A DNA stretch of 64,000 nucleotides from Naegleria gruberi (GCA_000004985.1 GG738862.1); one strand, 5' to 3'. Positions 1-14,000 are shown, counted from the stretch's first letter. The notes: generated by a model not told the origin, from the sequence alone. Translations and numbers: made by a program.

Positions 1-59
1 CCACACAACAATGTTTTCTCGTTTTCTCTCTTGTCCTTAGAAAAGCAAAAAAAAACAAA

Positions 60-1919
60 ATGTATCAAAGGAAAGCATTGATAACTAACCAATCAATCCT
101 TAGTGTCAGTTTGCTGCTAGTTTGTTTACTGGCATTAAGTATTTTGCATGTTCCATCATCTGTTTTGTGTGCTTCCTCAAGTAGCTCATCAAGTAATGGA
201 ACTGTGAGAGAATGGCTCAATGACTTGAATGATCAAGCTGCTAATCTACAATCCTCTGCTTCAAGATTGCAAAAAGCTATTGCAATTTTGAGTATGGCCA
301 ACAATACAGCATCCATCATCAGCATGAGAAATGCCCAGCTAAAGAAGATTAATTCTGCACTTGACATGATTAATCAAGAAATTTCAATCTTTAAAATCAC
401 CTGCAGTAATAATGATGGTCCTGATTGTAGCATTCCAGTATGTGTATCAAAGTGTTTGAACTGCTCTGGACCTGGAAAGTGTGGTGTTTGTTCTGGTAAT
501 TTTGATGGAAGTGATTGCTCTGCATGTAAATCTGGATGGAGTAATTACAATAGCAATTGTACTGTTCCAATTTGTGATTCTAAATGTATTATTTGTCAAT
601 CACCTGGAAACTGTACCAATTGCTCTGGTAATTATGATGGTTCTGTATGTTCATCATGCAAATCAGGATGGAATGGTTCTAATTGTTCAACACCTATTTG
701 TGATTCTAAATGTGTAACTTGTCTCTCACCAGGAAACTGTACTAATTGCTCTGGTAATTGGACTGGATCTGCCTGTTCTATTCCTGTATGTGATTCCAAA
801 TGTTTGAATTGTTCAGCACCTAGTGTTTGTTCTCAATGTTCTGGTAATTGGGTTGGTTTAACTTGTTCAGTATGTCAGACAGGATGGACAGGAGCAACTT
901 GTTCAACACCAGTATGTGATTCCAAATGTACAACCTGTGCATCTCCTGGTGTTTGCTCAGTTTGTTCTGGTAATTGGCAAGGATCTACATGTTCCACATG
1001 TAAGACAGGATGGACAGGAGCAACTTGTTCAACACCAATTTGTGATTCCAAATGTACAACCTGTGCATCTCCTGGTCAGTGTTCTGTGTGTTCTGCTGGT
1101 TGGACAGGAGCAACTTGTTCAACACCAGTTTGTGATTCTAAATGTACAACATGTGCATCTCCTGGTCAGTGTTCTGTGTGTTCTTCTGGTTGGACAGGAG
1201 CAACTTGTTCAACACCAGTTTGTGATTCCAAATGTACAACATGTACATCTCCTGGTGTTTGCTCAGTTTGTTCTGGTAACTGGGATGGTCCTTCATGTTC
1301 TGTGTGTAAAACTAGTTGGACAGGTTCATCTTGCAATCTCGCTCTTGGTGATTTTGCAAACTCACCATTATTCTCCGCTAGTTATGGAGCTAGGTTGATC
1401 ACATCTATTTTGAGTGGCGTTATGAAGAAAACACCAACCAGACTCTATAGAGCCATGGCAACTTATGGTATGGGAATTGGTTATGGCTATCATCCTTACG
1501 CTTTCCATAATGCCTGCAATGGTTATTCTTCAACAGTTACAATTGTGAAAACATCAGCAGGGGCTGTATTTGGTGCCTATCTAAGCATTCCATGGGAAGA
1601 TTATAATGCTGGGGATACAACAACTCGTAAGACATTTTCAGATCCTAATGCATTTCTATTTAGTATGGTAACATCGAGCGGTGTGGAGAGATTTGTGAAA
1701 TTGGGTTATTCTGGAGCTGTTGGACAAACTGTTACATACAATTTTATAACACATCCATTGTTTGGAGCGTCGGATATTTATTTGGGACAAGGGATGAGCT
1801 ATCAGCCAGCACCTGATGCTTATTCGAAACCAGCAACTTTTCAACCTTTGGAACCTAACTGGAGTTATGGAACTACATATTCATTCACTGTTTCTGATTA
1901 TGAAGTGTATAGTATTTAA
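60..1919 (+). CDS. Secreted cysteine-rich repeat protein with a C-terminal TLDc domain (619 aa, single exon)
   Basis: ATG at 60 with a signal peptide, MYQRKALITNQSILSVSLLLVCLLALSILHVPSSVLCA. A short coiled-coil-like segment follows, then nine or more tandem ~30-38 aa modules, CDSKCTTCASPGQCSVCSxGWTGATCSTP, with CxxC and EGF/furin-like spacing. The C-terminal ~190 aa match the TLDc signature: YRAMATYGMGIGYGYHPYAFHNACNGYSSTVTIVKTSAGAVFGAYLSIPW and later DPNAFLFS. The ORF is uninterrupted for 1860 nt. Confidence 0.8.
   Translation: MYQRKALITNQSILSVSLLLVCLLALSILHVPSSVLCASSSSSSSNGTVREWLNDLNDQAANLQSSASRLQKAIAILSMANNTASIISMRNAQLKKINSALDMINQEISIFKITCSNNDGPDCSIPVCVSKCLNCSGPGKCGVCSGNFDGSDCSACKSGWSNYNSNCTVPICDSKCIICQSPGNCTNCSGNYDGSVCSSCKSGWNGSNCSTPICDSKCVTCLSPGNCTNCSGNWTGSACSIPVCDSKCLNCSAPSVCSQCSGNWVGLTCSVCQTGWTGATCSTPVCDSKCTTCASPGVCSVCSGNWQGSTCSTCKTGWTGATCSTPICDSKCTTCASPGQCSVCSAGWTGATCSTPVCDSKCTTCASPGQCSVCSSGWTGATCSTPVCDSKCTTCTSPGVCSVCSGNWDGPSCSVCKTSWTGSSCNLALGDFANSPLFSASYGARLITSILSGVMKKTPTRLYRAMATYGMGIGYGYHPYAFHNACNGYSSTVTIVKTSAGAVFGAYLSIPWEDYNAGDTTTRKTFSDPNAFLFSMVTSSGVERFVKLGYSGAVGQTVTYNFITHPLFGASDIYLGQGMSYQPAPDAYSKPATFQPLEPNWSYGTTYSFTVSDYEVYSI
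907..1290 (+). repeat. In-frame tandem DNA repeats (90-nt and 114-nt units, >90% identical) encoding the Cys-rich modules of the gene at 60-1919
   Basis: The string caacttgttcaacacc recurs at 1021, 1111 and 1201 with near-identical 90-nt units. A longer 114-nt variant unit starts near 907. Confidence 0.85.
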
Positions 1920-2098
1920 ATTCAAACAATAAAAGATTCTTCATGAGCCATTAAAATAATGTGATGAAATTCCAACTTGGAAATCTTGCTGATTTTCAAC
2001 TGCATTTATTTATTTTTGATGTGTTTCAAACGAAACGACATCACTTCTACCAAGTTTATTATTTATAAAACAATAATGATGTAAACTAACAAATCAAT

Positions 2099-2830
2099 TT
2101 ATTGAGACAAACATTGATTAATGGATGGACATTGAGATGGAAGAATAAAATTAGCATTATCCACCTTTTCAATCATGTCATAAAAAACTTGTTCTTGAGA
2201 AGCATTCGAAACTACAACATACGAGCTCAATAACCAACACTTATTGGAGGTCATTTGTGGTTCTCTGAATGTCCACATGGTTCCAGTGGATCCGTTTTGA
2301 GAAGAAACAACTTTCAATGCATCATAATTACCAATCTTTCCTTTTGTAATCTTTCCATTGGATGCTGGAATGCAAATTGAATTCCATTGATTGAAATCTG
2401 AAACCTTTCTACAAACACATTGACCATCTCTTAAACCATACAAAACAGTTACTGTAGAACTAATCTTGATATCCCAATTGGTGTAATTGAAAACAACTCC
2501 ATCAACTGTATAACTGATATCTTGTCTCATCTTTCCAGTATTGTAATCTGCTGAAACTTTAAAGTTTCCATCGTAATGTTGTAAAGTGTTATTGGACAAG
2601 ACAGCAATTTGATTGAAACTTCCTTTCAAAGAAAAGACATTTGGCAAACAACAAATATTTGAATCAGATGGAGCTCTCTTATTGAAAGCAGAACTTTCGA
2701 ATAATTGATTGAAAACAAACATTGGAGAAGCAGCGTGGCACATTGAAGCCATGGTTGCAACAACAAGTAAGAATGAAAGAATTGTTAGTTTCAACATTTT
2801 TTTTGGTATGAGAAATTGTAAGATATTCAA
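2099..2830 (-). CDS. Secreted hypothetical protein (~230-243 aa)
   Basis: ORF with an N-terminal hydrophobic signal, MLKLTILSFLLVVATMASMCHA. The true start may be the internal Met at about 2797. There are several Cys and N-glycosylation sequons, no recognisable catalytic motif, and a 732-nt open frame in an AT-rich background. Confidence 0.55.
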   Translation of the reverse strand: MNILQFLIPKKMLKLTILSFLLVVATMASMCHAASPMFVFNQLFESSAFNKRAPSDSNICCLPNVFSLKGSFNQIAVLSNNTLQHYDGNFKVSADYNTGKMRQDISYTVDGVVFNYTNWDIKISSTVTVLYGLRDGQCVCRKVSDFNQWNSICIPASNGKITKGKIGNYDALKVVSSQNGSTGTMWTFREPQMTSNKCWLLSSYVVVSNASQEQVFYDMIEKVDNANFILPSQCPSINQCLSQ

Positions 2831-3969
2831 ATTATTTTACTAATTTATACATTTTCAAATTGGAAACTCAATCGAAACAATTTAATTGATCAATCTTGAA
2901 ACTTTAGTTGAAAGAATAAAAAGACTACAGCACCACAGGTTCCCAAGTTGTCTCCAACCTCAGTACTGATGTGGCTCGACGATGCTTAACTTCTCAAATC
3001 GGACGGGATGAGGTGCATTCATCGTGATATGGCCGTAGCCATTCTTTATAATAATCTTTCATCATTCAATTCCTTAATCTTTTACTCTTCAATTAATAAT
3101 TTTACTAAAATTGCAAAAGGAAAAAGAGTACGTGACAAATTGTTGCCAAAAGGTTTGTTGTTCTTTCTGGATAGGATTTGAAATTGAAAGAACAAGAAGA
3201 ACATCACTGCTAGATAACATCACGGAGATGTATTTATTGGTGTCTTGATGAAGATTGATGAAGTAGATGATGAATAATTATTGTTGGGAAGACATGTGAA
3301 AATTCAACTTTCCAATCTTTGGAAAATTGCTGAAAAACATTGCAAATCTACCTTTCCTGTTGTGATTTAATAACAAATCTTGTTCGTCCTGTTGAAATTG
3401 AACAAGTTTTCCAGTGCTGTTTTTGGCTGTGAAAATTAACGGTCAAACTTTCATCTTCTCCAACTCTACATCTGCTTGAAGGAAAATTTTGAAACTTTCT
3501 GGTATGATGCTAATTAACATTTAGAACAAGCCTAGGATGTTCTTGTTGCTTTTGATGATGTTCTTCATGATGAAAATATTAAAATTATTAATTTGATGAA
3601 AATATTCTTAAAGTAATACAATCGCACCCATTTGATTGTTATATCATTGCTGTATACTAATGGATGATGTGGGTTTTACTTCTCCAACTCGACAAAATGT
3701 TCCATCAATTTAATCGGTGCCTTTTAAAATTTGTAATTCATGTTGAAATACAACAAAATTAATTCCCACATGTTCCATATTATCCTATCCTCTTGTTCTG
3801 AAAATATTTTCCGCAGTGTCGAAGAATTGCCTTTGAAAATCAGCAATGATGAAAACTGTAGCAGAGTGATGAAATTTTTTCCTCTTTTTTTTTGCTTGCA
3901 CTTTCTTTCATCAAACTTCATTTAATGCAAAAACTCGGCAAAGATTTTCATTTACATATGTAACGGTTT

Positions 3970-5013
3970 TTGAAGAATAAAAAAAAGATTTTAATAATTT
4001 TCGAAAAAATGAGTAGGATCGGGAAAGTGTGGTCATTGTTCGATCATTTTTGCGATTTATTAGCATCTCATCACGCAATACTAAATGAGGAACCATTTGT
4101 AAATTTCCCTACTACTTCACTATCGGTCAGCCAAAAGCTTTTTGAAGATTTTAAACAATACACCACCCACCATAGAGATTATAAAGGGTTTCCTACAAGA
4201 AAAGGACATAAAAAGAACAAGTCTCTTCTTCCGAAGAACACAACAATGCCAAAGAATCACGAAGGTATTGTTAAAATGTTCAATAATTTCTTCAATGCAA
4301 AGAAATCTTACATTCAAGAAAAACTCGAGGAAGATAAAAAGAACGGCCCTACCATTGCAGGTGTTGTTGAAGTTGTTGAGTGTGATAAAGATGACAATGA
4401 GCAAGAATTATCAGATGACGAGGTTGTTGTGGATCCCAATGACGAAGATGTTGAAAAGAAATCATATTCTGTCTCGAACGAATCAGTAACAAGTATAATT
4501 AAGAAAGATATGAATGAATTAAAATCCAAACAGAGGAAAATATCTGACATTCAAGACTATGAAATTGAAGAAAAGCCCTTAAAGATTAAAAAGAAAGAAC
4601 TTGTTAAACAACAAGACCAGCAGGCCAATCTATGCAGAGGTGCTATTATAACATTAAAGAAAGAGGCAAAGCAAGCTATTGATATTGATACAGAATCTCA
4701 AGATAAGAATATGACACAAACAAAGCTGTGTGTTCAAAAGATAGAACAAGTGTTAGAAGAAACTGTACCTATAATTGAAAAAGAAGCAAAAGAACTTCAA
4801 CAAAGAAAAGAAAAAGTATTGGCTGAATTACAAAAAGAAGAAGAACGTATCAAATTAAGCATGGGACTTGTAACTACTGCTTCTCAATTCAAAGAACATT
4901 TGGTTGGTTTTATTCATGAGAAGGAAATAGAGTTTGCTAAATTGGAACAACAAGAGGAGGAGAACTTGAACGATTTTTATGCAAATCTGTTCAAAAACTC
5001 AAACAATAAATGA
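3970..5013 (+). CDS. K/E-rich charged, coiled-coil-like hypothetical protein (347 aa)
   Basis: Long ORF with acidic and basic low-complexity and heptad-like stretches, for example EAKELQQRKEKVLAELQKEEERIKL. I recognise no domain. Confidence 0.5.
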   Translation: MKNKKKILIIFEKMSRIGKVWSLFDHFCDLLASHHAILNEEPFVNFPTTSLSVSQKLFEDFKQYTTHHRDYKGFPTRKGHKKNKSLLPKNTTMPKNHEGIVKMFNNFFNAKKSYIQEKLEEDKKNGPTIAGVVEVVECDKDDNEQELSDDEVVVDPNDEDVEKKSYSVSNESVTSIIKKDMNELKSKQRKISDIQDYEIEEKPLKIKKKELVKQQDQQANLCRGAIITLKKEAKQAIDIDTESQDKNMTQTKLCVQKIEQVLEETVPIIEKEAKELQQRKEKVLAELQKEEERIKLSMGLVTTASQFKEHLVGFIHEKEIEFAKLEQQEEENLNDFYANLFKNSNNK

Positions 5014-5071
5014 AAGCGAGTAATGGCCTAAAATTGGTGTAAATTTCCAAAAACGTTTGGCTAATGGACTT

Positions 5072-8000
5072 TTATTTAAAAACAATTTTCTGATTGTTAA
5101 TTAAAACATTGTAAAGATGAGAAAGTTCAAAGAGACACGACTTGTCACGAATGTTAATAATTGTCCTCAAATATTTCACTGCATCCCTATTAAATATTCT
5201 ACACTTGTACAAGAGTGGAAGTCCTTCAAGAGATTCTCTTGAAATAAGTCCAAATTCATCAATAATTGATTGTTGGAATAATTCCTCTTCCTTAGAGTTT
5301 GGTGCATAGGGTTTTGGAGCTATTCCCAAGAATTTACAGAACTCATCTTGTTCTAATTGATTGGCAAAATAGAGAGATCCAGCAAATATGTGAATGTCAG
5401 TCAACAAGTTCAGTAATACCTTGTCAGCAATTTCAAAGTTATTATTTGGTACACTCCATGCTGGTTCATCAATCATGATACGAGAGGTAGGACTTGTTCG
5501 TGAGCAGAACATGAGTATACGAGTTGGTGAAAATTTGTCCAACTTTTGAATATAATGATTAGCCTCTTCTGGACTCAAAATGATAATTGTTTGTGAGTAT
5601 TCACTGTAGGCCAGCCAAGTGACGGGTTTGAAGAATGGACTATTCTTGGAAGCATTCGAAACAGTTTTGAGGTAATTGTCAGTGGCATAAATGTTGTGAT
5701 TCCAATTGATTGGAGAGGCCAATAGAGTTTCTTCCAAAGATTCAGATAATGGACGGGCTTTAAGTGGTTGAATGGAGACATCATATTCCTCTTGGAGAAT
5801 GCCCTTCTTCATGAATAACTCCAAGGTATCGTCAATTACAGTAGCTGCAGGATCACATTTTTGAGGTCTCTCTACAATTCTTTGCTCTTCCAATTCATTT
5901 TCCAATTCTCTTTCCTGTTCCTCGTTGAGTATTTGTGAAAAGATAGTTTTAGAGTGAGCTCTCTTATTAATATTTGCTCTAATTAATTCCAAAGAAGGAG
6001 AAATATCTATGGAAAAGAGTTTTGAAATGTGAAGGGCTCTCTTTTCAAAGATACTGAGAAGGTATTGTTCATATCTTTCCTGTCCATAAAAATCACTAAT
6101 TTTGAATAATTCATTTTCAGTGCACTGCTCTGCATATTCATCCATTTTAAGCTTGGCATCATATTCGGTTTTGGCAATTTTTTTAGAGTAGAAGAGCAAT
6201 CCACTAGTTGACCATTGTAGATAGTGATCATTTTCCATTTGTACTCTATTGTGAATGGACCATTTCAATATTCTTTCTTGGATTGTAAGCTGTTGTGAAA
6301 AATTGTCATTAATAAAACGATCAACTTCTTGACTTGCCCAGAAGGCAACAGAGTGTCCTTTTCCTAATAATCTCATTCTCATACAGGCTTGGCATAGTCT
6401 CTCAAATGTAAGACCATTACCCAGTGTTACGGCTGCTTTCATTCCAGTAGGGAATTTGAGATCTGTACCTCTTGTGTGAATATCATCAAGATAAATCAAA
6501 CATCTTTCCAATTTGTTCTTATAGGGAGATATTTCGAATGGAATTATCAAACCATTTCTATCCAAAACAACCAATTGATCTTGGGTGTTGAAAAATACAG
6601 CTGCATCTGCAACTTGTTCAGTCACAGAGTTTAACCAGTATTTGCAAAGATTCATATTACTCATTTCAAGCATGAGCGCTCCCACATCAATTAATACTCG
6701 TTGGTTATTAGCATTCAATTCAGATATAAAGTTAGTAATCTCTGCTTGTTTGACAACATGATATTCTTCATTCTCTTTAGAGAGGAGAATTTTCAATAAT
6801 TCTCCAGTAGTTCCCCTAAGGGAAGGAAGCTCATTTTCCTTAATGGTGATTGGCAAAAGGAATGCCTTCGTTCCAGAGAATCCACAAGTAGGGAATTTAC
6901 TTTCCTTACAAAGATTCCAAGCTGATGCTGAAATCTTTCTATCAAACTGTTTACATTCTCTTGAGAATACAGCTCGATTGAGGAAAAAGTCAATCACTGC
7001 CATGTTATTTCTTAAAGCTGGGTATAAAACTTGTGTCTTTTGAATAAAGTCTTCCAAGTTAATGCTCTTGTAATGTTTGATTGATTCGGGAATATTTTTC
7101 ATTTCATAGACCCATTTCTCATATTCCACATCGGGAGATTCTATTCTTTGAAGGAATTGGAAAACCACATCTAATTGTTCATTAGTCAATCCAGAATAAT
7201 AATAACTCAATAATGTTAAAAGAATTGCAATATCTGGATGCCCAAACTCGGCTCTATCAGAAGGGCAATCCTTAGCTCTGTAAGGAACAGCCACCAATCT
7301 CTTGATATTAGGATTGACTCCATAATTAACTCTCCATCTCTTATTGAGCGAGTGATACAATAATCCAAAAGCAAATATACCTCTCATTAATAAAATTTCC
7401 GATTTTAAAATATCATTTGACATGGTAGAAAGAATATCCAACTCAGTTTGTGAAATGGTTTCTGCTGTTAATATCTTCTTAATATTTTCTCGGTCGTTCA
7501 ATTTGTAAGGAATGAAAATTTCACTTGCCCTTCCTTCTAAAATATCATCTACAATTAAATCAACTAATTGATTGTAAGATGTCTTATCTAAAACTCTAAA
7601 ATAAGGGAAAGTATGAGAATCTCCTCTAGTAAAGAATTCAACATGTGAAGCGCCAAGTTTGTTGAATAAACTTTCAGCATGCTTTCTAACAATTCTCATA
7701 ATTTTTTGAGGTAATATCCATCTCAGATTTCCCATATCCAAATCTTTTTGTTCTCCCACAGTATAAATTAATTGATATCTAACATGAAGAATTTCATCAC
7801 TTTCATCGAGAATATCTCTGCAGTGTTTTTCGAAATAGTCTTGTAATCTCAAATAATCGTGAGCAATTGATTCCTTAGCAATTGCTTTTTCAATTCCTTT
7901 CAATTCAAATGACAATCTATATTCTGGAACAGTGATAAGAATGCTCCTTTCCTTTTCCATTACTTCCAATACACTTCTAATAGTCTTTAAATCTGTTGCA

Positions 8001-11000
8001 GTAATTTTCAAATCTCTGCTAAATGGTAGATAGATTACCTTTCTATTAAGAATTCCACCAAGTTTAAATGAAAGATATGTATAATTGGTCTGGAGTAATT
8101 GTTTTAGTACAGTCAATCGAGGAATTTGTGCTTCGTTAAATGCAAGGACTAACATTGGAATAATTACCGATGTTTTGCCTTCTCCCATATTGAATTGGAG
8201 AACCATGTTTGTACTTGAGGAAAGCATGTGATTTGCAACTTCATATTGTCTTGGTCTAATCATCAAATCGAGTTCAATTTCCAATAATAACCATTGGGGG
8301 AACTTTTTAGGGCTCCAATTAACATGTCCACTATTTTCAAGTTCTCTATCAAATTGTACCTTCTTATTTGGATCATTGTTCATAAGTTTCAATCTGTTGT
8401 ATCGTTGTTCCAAAGTTGTTAATACAGCAAGAGCTCCAATCAAGTCTTTACAACCACAATACTGTTCAGTATCTGATATCAAATCCTGGAATAACAGATA
8501 TGGGCATAAACGATTTGAAATTCCACATTCTGCTATTGCTGATTTTGCAGTATCGGAAAAATTAGAAAGTTTACATTCCAGAGCTTTCCAAATTTTTTCT
8601 TTCAATTCCAATATGACAGAAATATTAGGCAGTTGTGCTGAGGTTACTTGGTTTGGGTTATTGGCTGTCAAATAACTGCCCTCCAGGTCTAGAATGTACT
8701 CGTTGTAAAGAGGGTCATGAGAGTCATGTGAAAATAATTGAACATCATGCTCCAAGGTTTTGATTACATCCTTCTCACAATATGGTGATATGTCACCTTT
8801 TTCAAAAATGTATTTAGCCATTTCTGGAACATCAGCTAATCCAAAAACAAGCTTATTTCCATCTTCTTGTACCTTGGTAAAATTCTGAATATCAAATGTT
8901 TGATTTGTTTCGTTTGGCTGTAAATTCTCCATTGTAATGTTGACTATTGTTATGTCACCTTTAGCATTATTCATCATATTTTGGAGAACTGATTTAATAC
9001 CTTGTAAAAATTTTTGAACTCGTTCTCTATTGTAAAGTGTAGATAAATAGTTATTGATATGATCGACAGCTTCACTCTTATCAATAAAATTTAATCTTCC
9101 AAATTTGTTTTTCTCCATTAATTGCTCCTTATTGAATGCTATTTCAGCAAACCTTAGGCATGTTCTAATATCATTATTAAACGTTTCATGGTCATCCTCA
9201 TCATCAAATGTTAGTCTACTATTTGCCGCTTTCAATAAATTTATAACGTCATCTTCATCAAAATCAGTACATTCCAAATCATCAACACTTGAAAAAATTA
9301 AAGGTGAATGTTGATTTCTAAAAGAATTGGCAAATAAATTAATAATCATGAAACAAGCCAACATTTTCTTTTTTTCTGGGAATACATAACCGAGATAAGA
9401 TATGAAAACTTTGAAATCGGCAGGTGTTTGAGTTTTGGCTGCTTCATAGAGTGTGAGGAAATCATCTTCGAGGTCAATATTTTTCCAATCATACAGGAAG
9501 TTCTCCACTTTTTTTTCTGGATTGAACGAGGACACTGAATTGATAAGTTCAACTGCTGAAATTTTCTGAAAATTATTTTTTGAAATAGATGCCAAGTACT
9601 TGCAAGCAACATAGGATGTCATTGAAGAGATCTTGATTGTTTCAACATAATTGACATCTTTTTGAGAACTAATTCTTAAACGTACAATAGGATTGTAATA
9701 ATTAAGGTAGGCTTTGTAATACCTTCTTGCCAAGAAGAGAGGATCTTCCTCGTCACTCTTTTTAACACTACTGCCACTTTCCCCGTCTAGGAAAATTGTC
9801 TCCTCTGACTTTTTAACAATAGAGTCCACAATTAGTTTGTAAGCATCCAAAAGACATAAACTTGATAAATTTGTTTTAGGCCATGTTATCTTCTCATTGA
9901 CTTTCATTTTTGGTGGATGGAAGCTTCTGTCAGGAGAAATAGATGAAATGGCCTCTAGTAGAGAGGTTTCCAATTTTGAGAGAGGTCTCATTGGCCAACA
10001 TCTTGCAGATTTCAAAATTTTGAGAGCTGATTCATAACCTGTTAATTTTGTGAATGGATCGACTATTACAGAGCTGGTGATACCATGAAGAAGTGCCAAA
10101 AAAAGCCAGGACGATAAGCTATCATTAGCTTCTAATTGCCACATGTACTCATTAACAGAATAGGTGAAATAAGGAGTATCTATTGATTTAGTCATATCGA
10201 TACGTGTTAAATGGTGATGTTTGAATTTTTCTGTTGAAATTTCACCATTTGGTACAAGCACAATCTTTTTAGAAGAGTTTGGATTTTCGTCCTTCAGCAT
10301 TATGGCATTAGAAAGTCCAATTAATGTACCACAATAAAATGAATCGCAAACTATCATTGAAAACTCCTTTGATCGTAAATAGCTGTTGTTCACCAATTCA
10401 AAGTGAAGTCCCAAACGTGGAAGTTCCACTAACACTTCATCATTATTTGCAAATATATGAATATTATGTTTGAGTTCAATTCTTGAAATTGATTTCAATA
10501 CTTCTGTATACGTTTCTCCAAAATAATTCATGAGTACTCTTTCAGTACCAACTTCTTTCAATTTCTTTTCTGTGACATCGAGTTTGTAAGCAATGCTACT
10601 TTTAAATTTTGGAGAAAAGAAAGAAATAGGTCTGAAAAGCACACAATTAGTTGTAACATCATACCAATGACTGTAGTTTTCCACAAATTGAGCTGGAAGA
10701 TCATATTCAAAAATTTTGTGAGACAATAAAATAGATGTTTCAGAGCCATGCTTCAGAATGAATTGCATACTTTTTCTAAACTCCAGTTGACAGCCGTCAA
10801 TATCGTACGATGTCACAAAAGCATCTGGACGTGTGGCTTGTTGCACATCAAACACAAAATTACCAAACACTCTCTTATACTTTGCATCTGCTGTGATAGG
10901 ATCAGGAAGTCTTCCAATTGGATTTCCATTGACAAGGAATGTTCCTCTAACAATATTGAAGGCAATTGCTGTAAATCCCGAATCGGTAAGAAGTGCTGCC

Positions 11001-14000
11001 TTAACCCATCCATTGGCTACCTTTTCCCATTTTGCATATGGATCAGTGTATCCAGACCAATAGAACTCAGCAAATATATTCAGTGCAATAGATGGTAATC
11101 CAATATATTTTTCAATTAAACAAGCAGTTTGGTAATAGCGTCTCAATAGGAAAACTTTGAGAGTGTTTTTAGGAAATGTGAATTGTTTGCTCAACACAGT
11201 GTTGTCATGAATTCTAGAAACACATTTACACCAAATTTCTACGTTTGTGTGAATAGCTAATTGAGGTTTTAGTACTGAAGGTTCCAAATTGAATGTAAGA
11301 ACTGCACAACAATTAATGTCAATCAGATTTTGTCTAATTTTGGCTATTTCTAGAGGTGGAGAATCAGTCATTGTAACAATAAGCGTTTCAATGTCTTTGG
11401 ACCACTTCAATATCAAGTTTCTGATTTTGGTCAAAAATTCAATGTACTTGTCAATAATTGATTGAGTAATATGAATATTGATAACCCTCAGAGCAGCAAC
11501 TATTAAAACTAGTACAACTTGGTATGATTTCCAGTTTTCCTTATACTTTTCCAATATAGATTCGAGCAATTCCAAAAGTTTTGAGCAAAACATTGAATTT
11601 TGTAATGGCTCATTAACTTCTCTGTACCACACATCAGAATCGTTTGGGCAATTTTGAAGCATGGATTGAAGCAGTAGAACAGTAACATCTGGCCTCTGAA
11701 TGGAAAGTTTTTCATTGGCCAAACATCTCACTATATTGTGCCACTGTAGTCTAAATCCTGCCCGTAGTGAACCATATTCTACAAACTCGGCCAAACTTAG
11801 ATTTGGATGACAGAGTGCTTGGTTGGCTATTACTTGATTTTGAGAGTGATCGAAACCACTAATAGCCCATTCCAGATTGGCATATTCAGGTGATTCAATT
11901 TTAAAGGTAAAATTACTTTCCTTCATTGATGAATGAGTCATTGTGTATGTGTGGTCGTTACCAACTGTTGCCACTAGGTCACATCCATTTGGTTTTAAAA
12001 AGCTATCCTCTGAACTCTGTACATGCTGCCGTGAGTAGTGAGTGTCAGAAAATCCTTTCACAGTACTACCAATAGTTGAGCAAGGTGGACGTCCAGATGT
12101 GAAATTCTCAAGGTAGCCTTGTTCTCTCCAAGTGCTTGGAATTTTATCTGTTTTCTGAACTCGGCATTGAAGCTGAGCCATACAGAAGAATGCATCTCTA
12201 TAATTCATATAATAATTCGGAATTAATAATTCAAAAACAATTGCATATTGTTCCACATATCCTGAAGGTAAAAAATCTTCAAAAATTGAAACATAAGTAT
12301 TGTCCAAACTTCTTTTCAATGAGCATTTGGAGCAATATTTGGAATGCCTTGTATAGCCATGAACATTAATGAAATATTCACATTCCATATTATTGTATCT
12401 GTTATAGTTTCTTTGATAATCATTCTTTCCTCTCCTTACTTCTTCAAGCTTTTGTTTTTTTCTTTCTTCATTCTCTTTTAGAATTTGATCCAATGTTTGT
12501 CTCATTGTCTTGTCGTGTCTCACAAAAAGGACACAATAGGAGTTAGCACTGAGTTTGTTTGTCAAAAAATCACATGGGCGTTTGGTTGTCTTATCGAAAC
12601 GTGTGAAATATTGTTCCAATTCGAGAGCAAATTTCATATCACTCGGAGAATCGAGTAATAAATATTTAAATGTAGATACATCCACTCCTGTTGAATATTC
12701 TTCTAACAGTTTGGAGCATGAAATGGCTATAATGTGCATAGCTTTCAAGAAGCCAAATAATGTCAGTATGAATCTGCTCTTTCCTATTGGATCGTTTTCA
12801 TAGAATTTCGAACCTAAATTGTAATAGGCATCCATTTTCTTATATACTGTATCAGAGAATGATTTTCCCTTCTTACTTTCATCAATGATTGTGAATAGCT
12901 CGTCTCTAACCCATGATTCATACTCCATTAATTGTCTTGTTGTGTAAATGTTATCATGTTCTTCCTTAGGAAGTGATGAATTCAAAAGACTGATTTCCCT
13001 TTGTTCAAAAAGGGTTTTGTTGTCCTTAATCTTTTGCAGAGAGTTACTTAAATTTTGAGAGCAAGAATCGGTATTCTTTGGAAAATTAGTGTTAAATGTA
13101 TCATTCTTTTTGATTTCCTGAATTGTTACATCCATTCTTTTTTGGATGAATTCCTTTGTGTCTCTAGTTGTAAATAATGCTGATGACTTGGATACGTGAA
13201 GCATATCCTTTAACTTTTGATTATTCACCTCTTTGCTTAAGGTACTTTTAAGGTTTTCTAACTTGGTCGCTCTCAATGAAATTTTGATTATCATTTGCAT
13301 TAGATAATCATTACTCATATTAATATACGTTCTCGCTTTTTTGCATAAATAGCTCATAAAATCCAGCATGAAAAGTTTGTAAAGAAACTTCCCCTGAATA
13401 GGTCCATATATTTTGTTGAATTTGTAATGCAGTGATGCTTTCAGGGAAATCCAGAAAGGAGATCTTCTTGTGCCATCCTGTTTAGGCCTCACAAAACTTC
13501 TCACTTTCTTTTTAATATTATTAGCTACAATATTAGTAGGACCACCAGAGAGTAGTGAAAGCATCCATTCTGTTATTAAAATTGGAGAAGAAACTTCTCT
13601 ATCTTCCGAAACAACTGTTCCTTTCCTCTTTGTTTTTGCTGAACTCATTTCCTGACTTTCAGTCAAATAAGTTAATTGATTTAAAAATGATTGACTTTCT
13701 AATACTGGAATATTATCATCCAGTACTGAAACTGATAACTCGGGATAAGTCATGCAACAAATGTCACATTTATAAATATTTGCATTCTTTGGATGACAAG
13801 TAAATGCTGACGCAATATACTTTGGTGTACTATCACTCGAATATTCGAACATTAACAAACAATTATTTCCAGTTAAATAGAACGAAATGCAATCATTACT
13901 TTCAGTCAGGTAAGATGTAATTGTTTTTCCCTTAGGAATGTCAATATCATTCAAATTAGATTGCACTGCAGCAATATTTGCAAAATATTTATCCAACCAC

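Noticed and set aside
481-1398. ORF-track entries 481-717 and 916-1398, alternative-frame ORFs inside the Cys-repeat gene
   Set aside because: They are frame shadows of the repetitive coding array. They translate to hydrophobic low-complexity sequence with no start context and lie entirely within the well-supported 60-1919 CDS.
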